DNA of 64,000 nt. It comes from a bacterium. GTDB taxonomy: Bacteria > JAAXHH01. How positions within the stretch are numbered: position 1 is the stretch's first letter; every line of letters starts with the position of its first letter. The notes under the pieces are model-generated. The model was given only the letters and a program-made list of their open reading frames with translations, was not told the origin of the DNA and did not search any database. The stretch lies in NCBI GenBank assembly GCA_963665755.1, contig OY762445.1:23926-87925 (forward strand), written 5' to 3'. This document shows positions 56,519 to 64,000 of this stretch, piece by piece. A program made the translations under genes and the position numbers.

Positions 56519-58738
56519 ATGGCGATCGCCGATGACGCCGTCGTTCGAAAGGCGCAAGACGGGATTTTCGCCTTCCTCGAGGGACAGTTCCGGCGCGGGC
56601 TGATCGATGAAGGACTCTACGAACAGGCCCGCCGCAACGTAGTCCCGAATCTCCGCAGTTGGCTGACCGACCCGCACATCATCCGGCTGTCTCCCCGGCT
56701 CGGAGTAGGACTGAGAACCGCGGTCGAAGCGGACAGGTGGGCCGAACTGGTCGAAGCCTACGTGGACGAGATCAAGTTCGGCACGGCGGGTATACGCGGC
56801 AAGGCCGCGATGTCGGATGAAGAACTGCAGATCCTCTCCCGCGACGGCATGGACGCCCCCATCCTCAAGGGGCCGAATACCCTCAACAACATCGTTCTTC
56901 TGCTGAAATCCACGGGCGTGGCGAAATACGCTACCGATCATGGGCTCAGGGCCATCGTCATCGGATATGACAGCCGGGTCGCGGGCCAGGACTTCGCGCG
57001 GCTGGTGTCCCGGGTTTTCCTGGCGGCGGGACTGAAGGTCTACCTGTTCGACGAAGCCTGCCCATATCCGGAAATGACCTTCGCCATTCCAACGCTGGGC
57101 GCCGACATGGGTATCCTGATCTCGGCGAGCCACAACGACCGCAGATACAACGGCTACAAGCTTTCTGCCGGTACGGGATCGCAGTTTCCACCGGGGGAAC
57201 GCGCCGTAATCTGCAACGACTACATCCGGAGAACGATCCCGGCCCATATCGCCCTCGTGGACTACGATGAAGCCGGTGCCGATCCGGATCACCCCGAAGA
57301 TCCTGGCCGGGACGGCAACAGGCTCGTGTTTCTCGGCGGGGCGGCTCCATTGCCAGGGTTCGACTACCTGGACCGTCCCCTCGTCGATGTCCATCGGATG
57401 TACCAGGACCAGATCCGGAGCTTCATATCCGACCCGGCCACGACGAAGTCCTGGGCGCCCACCGTCGGGATCGGGTATTGCGCCTTCCACGGGGCCGGGC
57501 GTAAGGCCGTACCGCGGTTGCTGAAGGACTTCGGTTTCACCCGCGTGAACCGGATAACCAGGCACCAGTTGAACGAGCTCAACGGCCTTTTCCCCGCCTT
57601 CCAGGATCACCCGGAACAACAACCGGACCCCGGTGATCCCATGGCTGCGGAGATTGCCGTGAACGCTTACAGGGAACAGTACGGCGCGGAAGCCTTGGAA
57701 AGCCTCGACCTCATGATCGGGACCGACCCGGATGCCGACCGGGCGGGGCTCGTGATCAAGGTCCCCCGGGAATCCCGGGTGTACCACGAGAACAGGTCCC
57801 ATATCCTGCTTTCGGCCGACGACGCCTGGTCCCTGCTGCTCTGGTACCGCCTGTCGAGGGATGACGGGGATTCACGGGCGTTTCGACCCCGGCCGGAGGA
57901 GTCCTTCGTCGTGCTTTCCCATATCACGACCGATGCACTGGTCCGGCTCGCTCGGAAGTACGGGCTTGGCGTCATCAAGACCTGGGTCGGTTTCGGTTTG
58001 ATCGCCAATGCGGTCGAACGCGTGTGGTCGGGAGACGACCTGTCGGATCCCCGTTTCAGGGACATCATCTATCAGACCGTGGATATGGACAATAAGCCTC
58101 GGAGCTATAATGTGGGGTGCCTGGAACAAAGTAACGGATTCAGTATACTGGGCGGCCCGCCGGCCACGGCCGCGGCCATGGGAACGAACGGGCACGTGCG
58201 GGACAAGGACGGGGTCTTCGCCGCGATCCTGCTCGCCGAAGTGGCGGCCTATGCCGCGTCCCTCGGGACGACGATCTATGACCTGATAGACGAGATGATT
58301 TACCTGGATCCGGACATCGGATGTTTCGTGACCGATGTCGTGCCCGTTCCGCAGTGGGGAGAATTCGCGGGACTGGAGGGGTTGACGCGGAAGATCGATT
58401 GCCTCAGGCGATGCGCCGACCTGGGGGAGCGCGTCCGGGAAGGCGAATCCATATCGCTGGATGGTCTTCCGGTGCTGTCGGCGGAAACCTTCGTTGCGGG
58501 CAAATACGCGGATGCGCACCAGTGGCCGGGTTTTCCCGATGAAGGCATTCGGTTCTACTTCGACGAGGAAAGACTGAATTACATGACCGTGCGTCCATCG
58601 GGCACGTCTCAATGCTTCAGGTTTCACATGCAGTTGCAGGTGGAGAACCCGACACGGCACCGCCTGGCGCAACAGAAGTGCGAGGCCAGGCTGCGAGCCC
58701 GGAGGATGATCGCCGCGATGCGCGATCGTATCATGTAG
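56519..58738 (+). CDS. Alpha-D-phosphohexomutase (phosphoglucomutase/phosphomannomutase)
   Basis: FGTAGIRG, GYDSR, ISASHN, DPDADR, DKDG, RPSGT. Confidence 0.9.
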   Translation: MAIADDAVVRKAQDGIFAFLEGQFRRGLIDEGLYEQARRNVVPNLRSWLTDPHIIRLSPRLGVGLRTAVEADRWAELVEAYVDEIKFGTAGIRGKAAMSDEELQILSRDGMDAPILKGPNTLNNIVLLLKSTGVAKYATDHGLRAIVIGYDSRVAGQDFARLVSRVFLAAGLKVYLFDEACPYPEMTFAIPTLGADMGILISASHNDRRYNGYKLSAGTGSQFPPGERAVICNDYIRRTIPAHIALVDYDEAGADPDHPEDPGRDGNRLVFLGGAAPLPGFDYLDRPLVDVHRMYQDQIRSFISDPATTKSWAPTVGIGYCAFHGAGRKAVPRLLKDFGFTRVNRITRHQLNELNGLFPAFQDHPEQQPDPGDPMAAEIAVNAYREQYGAEALESLDLMIGTDPDADRAGLVIKVPRESRVYHENRSHILLSADDAWSLLLWYRLSRDDGDSRAFRPRPEESFVVLSHITTDALVRLARKYGLGVIKTWVGFGLIANAVERVWSGDDLSDPRFRDIIYQTVDMDNKPRSYNVGCLEQSNGFSILGGPPATAAAMGTNGHVRDKDGVFAAILLAEVAAYAASLGTTIYDLIDEMIYLDPDIGCFVTDVVPVPQWGEFAGLEGLTRKIDCLRRCADLGERVREGESISLDGLPVLSAETFVAGKYADAHQWPGFPDEGIRFYFDEERLNYMTVRPSGTSQCFRFHMQLQVENPTRHRLAQQKCEARLRARRMIAAMRDRIM

Positions 58739-58812
58739 CGTACCTGGTCCGCTGACTGCCGGTGGGGTGGTATGGTGGCATCAGTGGTTGGCCGATGGAA
58801 GCGGATAAACCC

Positions 58813-60633
58813 CTATATGGCGAAAAAGGACCTCAGGTTGTTCTCGATGTCCGCGTCTTCGCGCAGCTTGGACAGCCATTCCTGGTACAGCTGATTCTGC
58901 TTCTGAAGCAGCAGTTGCCGTTTCAGGCCATCTTTCACCATTTCGTAGGTAGCCTCGTCGACCGGCTCTCTGGTAACCAGTTGAATGAGGTAGTAACCCC
59001 TTTCCCCTTCAACCACTTCGCTGAGCGCACCGGTCTCCGCCAGCTGGAACGCGCCCTTGATGAAAGCCAGATCCTGCCCGATTCGAGGGATGAAAGCCTG
59101 TTGTCGCGAGATGGGATCCGTGATGACGACACGGTCCGCCAGGGCGCCGCTCAATGCGTCCAGGTTTCCGCCGCCGAGGCCCGCCCTGACCTCCTCGCCC
59201 CGCAGTCTGGCCCGTTCCATTTTCTGATTCCGAACGAGGATCGACCGGATGCGCAACGCCACTTCCTCCAGGGGCAGCACGCCGGCCGGCTTTTCCTCCG
59301 CGTTCGCGAGTACATAAAACCCGTTGGTGTTTTCCAGCACTTCGCTGATGTCGCCGGGTTCCGATCCGAAGGCGAAGGACGAAGCGCCGACCAGGTACCC
59401 GATGCCCGGGATGAACCCGTCGGGACGGTCGGTGAAAAACCCGGTGGTTTCGATCTCCAGGGAATCCGGCATGCCGAGGACGGCTTCGTCCAGTCTGCTT
59501 TCGAGTGCCCGGGTTCGAAGCTGTCCCGCCTGTTCGCGCAGCGTGGCGAGGGTCTGCTGGCCGGTGATGGTCTTCAAGAGAATATGGCGCGCGCGGACCT
59601 GCTCTACGCCATTCCTGGCCGTAGCCTCTTCCACCTGGATAATGTGCCATCCGTGCTGCGTTTTTACAGGTTCCGAGATGGAGCCCGGGGGTGTTGCGAA
59701 GGCGATCGCCTCAAATTCCGGGACCATGGTGTTTCTTCCGAAAAACCCCAGGTCTCCCCCCTCGGCGGAATTGGATGCGTCCTCGGAGAAGTCCCTGGCC
59801 AGCGTCGCGAAATCGGCGCCGCCGCCGAGTTGCCCGTATAACTCGTCGATCTGGCGTTCGACGCGCTGGGAATCGGCCACGCTCGGTTGCTTCGGAATCC
59901 TGACGTAGGTTAACGAAACCCGATCGTTCTCCATGAAGGCTTCGGCATGATCCGCGTAGTACGCGGCGATGTCGCCGTCGGTGATCGATTCCGGTTCCAC
60001 TTCCTGGTCTTCAGGATCGAAAAAGAGGTATTTGGCCGTCAACTGCTCGTTTTGTTCCTCAAAAGCCTGCCTTACTTCCAGATCCGTGACGCGGGCGCCC
60101 GAGATCACCCGATTGGTGAGCTTCCGCCTGGGCAGCAGCGCGCGGTACTGGTCTTCGAGGAACGCCCAGCCCTCGACGGCCGGGTCGTTCAGCGCCTGGA
60201 GATACTTGGTCTGGTCGAATTCGCCGTCCGTCTGGAACACCTCCTGCTGCCGGACATATTCCGGTGGATTGTTGCGAATCGCTTCCAGTATTTCGGCGTC
60301 GGTTACGAAAATCCCCTGTCTTCCGATTTGCTGTTCGAGCAACGCGAGTTCTATGCGCCGGTCCCATACCTCGTTTATGATCTCCCGGCTCCTGAATTCG
60401 TCCAAGCTTCCGCCCTGTTGCTGCCGTTCGATTTCCTGCACCCGTTCCACTTCAAACCGCATTTCTTCATAGGACACCGATTCACCGTTTATCGATCCCA
60501 CGGTGTTCTGCCCACCCGGCCCCCTGCCCGCCATGTCGGCGCCCCATTCCAGGCCGATCAGACCGATGAAGGCTATGACCAGTATGATCATGACGACGTG
60601 GGTTCGTTCTCTCAGTAGTTTCATCAGGGCCAT
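58813..60633 (-). CDS. PpiD/SurA-like periplasmic chaperone with parvulin domain
   Basis: N-terminal TM anchor, SurA_N-like region, FATLA..FSED..GGDLGFF..MVPEFE, GWHII. Confidence 0.88.
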   Translation of the reverse strand: MALMKLLRERTHVVMIILVIAFIGLIGLEWGADMAGRGPGGQNTVGSINGESVSYEEMRFEVERVQEIERQQQGGSLDEFRSREIINEVWDRRIELALLEQQIGRQGIFVTDAEILEAIRNNPPEYVRQQEVFQTDGEFDQTKYLQALNDPAVEGWAFLEDQYRALLPRRKLTNRVISGARVTDLEVRQAFEEQNEQLTAKYLFFDPEDQEVEPESITDGDIAAYYADHAEAFMENDRVSLTYVRIPKQPSVADSQRVERQIDELYGQLGGGADFATLARDFSEDASNSAEGGDLGFFGRNTMVPEFEAIAFATPPGSISEPVKTQHGWHIIQVEEATARNGVEQVRARHILLKTITGQQTLATLREQAGQLRTRALESRLDEAVLGMPDSLEIETTGFFTDRPDGFIPGIGYLVGASSFAFGSEPGDISEVLENTNGFYVLANAEEKPAGVLPLEEVALRIRSILVRNQKMERARLRGEEVRAGLGGGNLDALSGALADRVVITDPISRQQAFIPRIGQDLAFIKGAFQLAETGALSEVVEGERGYYLIQLVTREPVDEATYEMVKDGLKRQLLLQKQNQLYQEWLSKLREDADIENNLRSFFAI

Positions 60634-60778
60634 ATTGCCTGCGCTCCTTGCGGGCTTGTGCCGTTCGTTACTCCAGCATGTTTCCGGACGTATGGAAAAA
60701 GACAAATAAATATAAGGGACCGGCTTTTCGTCGGCAACTCATTTGTCCCGGACGGGCGGGCATACTGGCAAAAGATGC

Positions 60779-60807
60779 TTGACAGTCTGCCGGACTCCAC
60801 CTATTTT
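60779..60807 (+). promoter_or_regulatory. Promoter of rpmE-prfA-prmC-proC
   Basis: TTGACA-N17-TATTTT. Confidence 0.6.
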
Positions 60808-60881
60808 TTGCTGGGCGCTTAAACAAACTAGCAGCCCGGCGATTCTTATAACACGGCCGATGACCTCAAGGAGTCAGCCCG

Positions 60882-61085
60882 ATGAAGAGCGGAATTCACC
60901 CTGAGTACAAGGAAATCACGGTAAGTTGCGCCTGCGGCAATACTTTTCAGACTCGCTCGACGATCGATACGATCCACGTGGAGATCTGTTCGGCTTGCCA
61001 TCCCTTTTACACCGGAAAGCAGAAAATGATCGACAGCGCGGGCCGCGTGGAACGCTTCAACCGGAAGTACGGAATCAACGAGTAA
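60882..61085 (+). CDS. rpmE: 50S ribosomal protein bL31 (zinc-ribbon type)
   Basis: [22 protein letters not shown]. Confidence 0.97.
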   Translation: MKSGIHPEYKEITVSCACGNTFQTRSTIDTIHVEICSACHPFYTGKQKMIDSAGRVERFNRKYGINE

Positions 61086-61179
61086 GCCGCGATCGTAGTC
61101 GCCCGACCCTTCCAGGCCCGACAGTCCAGGCTGTTCCCGACTGTCGGATGCCGCCGTTCCCCTACCTTGCCATGCCTCC

Positions 61180-62262
<1,083 letters not shown>

Positions 62263-62283
62263 CGCCATCCCTGGAATTGGCCC

Positions 62284-63243
62284 ATGAACAGATTTGAATG
62301 CCCTGCCGCGTTGACCGTGCTACAGGCGGTCGACTGGGCAGCCCGCAAGCTGGACGGCCGGTCGAACCCCGCCAGCCGCGTCGAATCCGAAATCCTGCTT
62401 GGTAAGGTGTGCGCGTCAAGCCGCCTCGCATTGTACCTCGACCATGCCAGGCGTCTCGACATACTGGAGACTTCCCGGTTTTCGGTGCTGGTCGGCCGAA
62501 GAATGCGCGGGGAACCTGTCCAGTATCTTACGGGTAGTGCGGAGTTTTACGGCCGTGAGTTCCTGGTATCGCCGGCCGTGCTGATCCCCCGGCCCGAGAC
62601 CGAGCGGATGGTAGACCACGTGCGTCCCTTCCTGGATGGGATTCGGCGCGTGCCCATCGAAAACCCGGGCATGCGTGCCCGGGCGCGGAATACCGGCGGA
62701 ACGCCTTCCGACGCCCCCGTGCATTTCGCGGACGTCGGCACCGGCTCAGGGGTCCTCGCGGTCACGCTCGCCCTGGAATGCCCGTCGGTTCGGGGGTATG
62801 CAACCGATGTCTCCGACGGGGCCCTGGGGATCGCGCGCAGGAATGCCGGCCGCCTGCTCCGGGACCATAGCCGGATTGCCTTCTCGCGGGGTTCGTTGCT
62901 GGCACCGTTGAACGCGTCATCCATCCCCGCTTTGGACCTCATCGTGTCCAACCCGCCTTATGTCACTTCGCGGGAGATGGACGGCCTGCCGGATGAGATT
63001 CGCGCATTTGAACCACGGCTTGCCCTCCATGGCGGCGAAGATGGCCTGGCATGCTACCGCGAACTCATCGACAAGGCCCCGGCGAATCTGAAAAAAGGCG
63101 GGATGATCGCCCTGGAGATCGGCGCGGAACAGTCCGCGGCGGTGACTCGTTTATTGACAGATCGCCGTGTATACGGAAACATGAAGATCGTGAAGGATTA
63201 CAATGGCCTCGACCGTATCGTGTCCGCCATTCACGTCGGGTGA
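62284..63243 (+). CDS. prmC: Release factor glutamine methyltransferase
   Basis: LIPRPETE, DVGTGSG, SNPPY; follows prfA. Confidence 0.95.
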   Translation: MNRFECPAALTVLQAVDWAARKLDGRSNPASRVESEILLGKVCASSRLALYLDHARRLDILETSRFSVLVGRRMRGEPVQYLTGSAEFYGREFLVSPAVLIPRPETERMVDHVRPFLDGIRRVPIENPGMRARARNTGGTPSDAPVHFADVGTGSGVLAVTLALECPSVRGYATDVSDGALGIARRNAGRLLRDHSRIAFSRGSLLAPLNASSIPALDLIVSNPPYVTSREMDGLPDEIRAFEPRLALHGGEDGLACYRELIDKAPANLKKGGMIALEIGAEQSAAVTRLLTDRRVYGNMKIVKDYNGLDRIVSAIHVG

Positions 63244-63273
63244 TCCCCGGCTTCACCGACCGGAAGGTGCACC

Positions 63274-64000
63274 ATGCTGAACAACCATCGCATCATGATA
63301 CTTGGAACTGGAAACATGGGATCCTGCCTGCTCGGCGGCATACGCAGAGCAAATCTCGTTCCCCCGGATCAAATCGTGATTACCGGTCTGCGGTCCGATT
63401 ACCTCAAGGACCTGGCGGAACAATGGGAAGTAGGCTGGACCACGGACAATCGCAAAGCGGTGCGTGAAGCGGATATCGTCATGATCTGCCTCAAGCCCCA
63501 GGCCATTGAACGCGTGGTGGATCAAGTTCGCGACTGTCTCCGTCCCGATCAGTTGCTGATCACGATCGCGGCGGGAATGACGACGACCTCGATCACGGAA
63601 ATGGCACGCACCGAGAATCCTGTCGTCCGGGTGATGCCGAATATCGCCTCCCTGGTGGACGAGGGGGCCGCCGCTATTTCGCCGGGCAGGTACGCCGGCG
63701 AAGAACACAAACAGATTGCAGCCCGGATCTTCCAGGCGGTAGGGCGCGTCGTATTCGTGAACGAACATCTGCTGGACGCGGTAACCGGCCTCAGCGGCAG
63801 CGGCCCCGCCTATATATATATGGTAATAGAGGCATTGTCAGACGGCGGTGTGAAAATGGGCCTGCCCCGAGATGTCGCCCTGGACCTCGCGGCCCAGACC
63901 GTACTTGGCGCCGCGCGGCTTATTCAGGAGACCGGCAAGCATCCTGCGGTGTTGCGCGACCAGGTACTTACGCCGGGCGGCACCACCATTGCGGCGGTAC
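63274..64000 (+). CDS. proC: Pyrroline-5-carboxylate reductase, 3' end outside the window
   Basis: Not in the ORF track. ILGTGNMG, LKPQ, RVMPN, TGLSGSGPAY, TPGGTT. Confidence 0.93.
   Translation, partial: MLNNHRIMILGTGNMGSCLLGGIRRANLVPPDQIVITGLRSDYLKDLAEQWEVGWTTDNRKAVREADIVMICLKPQAIERVVDQVRDCLRPDQLLITIAAGMTTTSITEMARTENPVVRVMPNIASLVDEGAAAISPGRYAGEEHKQIAARIFQAVGRVVFVNEHLLDAVTGLSGSGPAYIYMVIEALSDGGVKMGLPRDVALDLAAQTVLGAARLIQETGKHPAVLRDQVLTPGGTTIAAV

Overview
GC-rich, gene-dense chromosomal segment of a Gram-negative bacterium (TonB receptor, MsbA and GT9 LPS genes). RF1/PpiD sequence style and the PhyH/sulfatase richness suggest an FCB-group, possibly host-associated lineage such as a sponge symbiont; this is inference. 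1-24 kb is accessory: three PhyH-like dioxygenases, an oxidoreductase-SelD fusion, and a co-oriented catabolic cluster (divergent Rid-like protein, RraA-like aldolase, three cytoplasmic sulfatases, orphan ABC binding protein, GH-like TIM barrel, anSME). It also holds a GPP34 protein, a TonB receptor, an outer-membrane barrel pseudogene, cspA, an M1 peptidase and mtnP. 25-39 kb is a complete nuoA-N operon with pyrE inserted between nuoB and nuoC, and a NuoM that appears to lack 9 conserved residues. 39-54 kb is ispB plus an LPS locus containing a radical SAM/SPASM enzyme, a methyltransferase and an ActP-like symporter. 54-64 kb is housekeeping (rng, rplU, rpmA, pgm, ppiD-like, rpmE, prfA, prmC, partial proC). 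The most unusual signal is a recurring set of short tandem duplications of gene 3' ends whose copies differ mainly by synonymous or conservative changes. No tRNA, rRNA, CRISPR array or intact mobile element was seen. All calls come from motif reading by eye; no searches were run.
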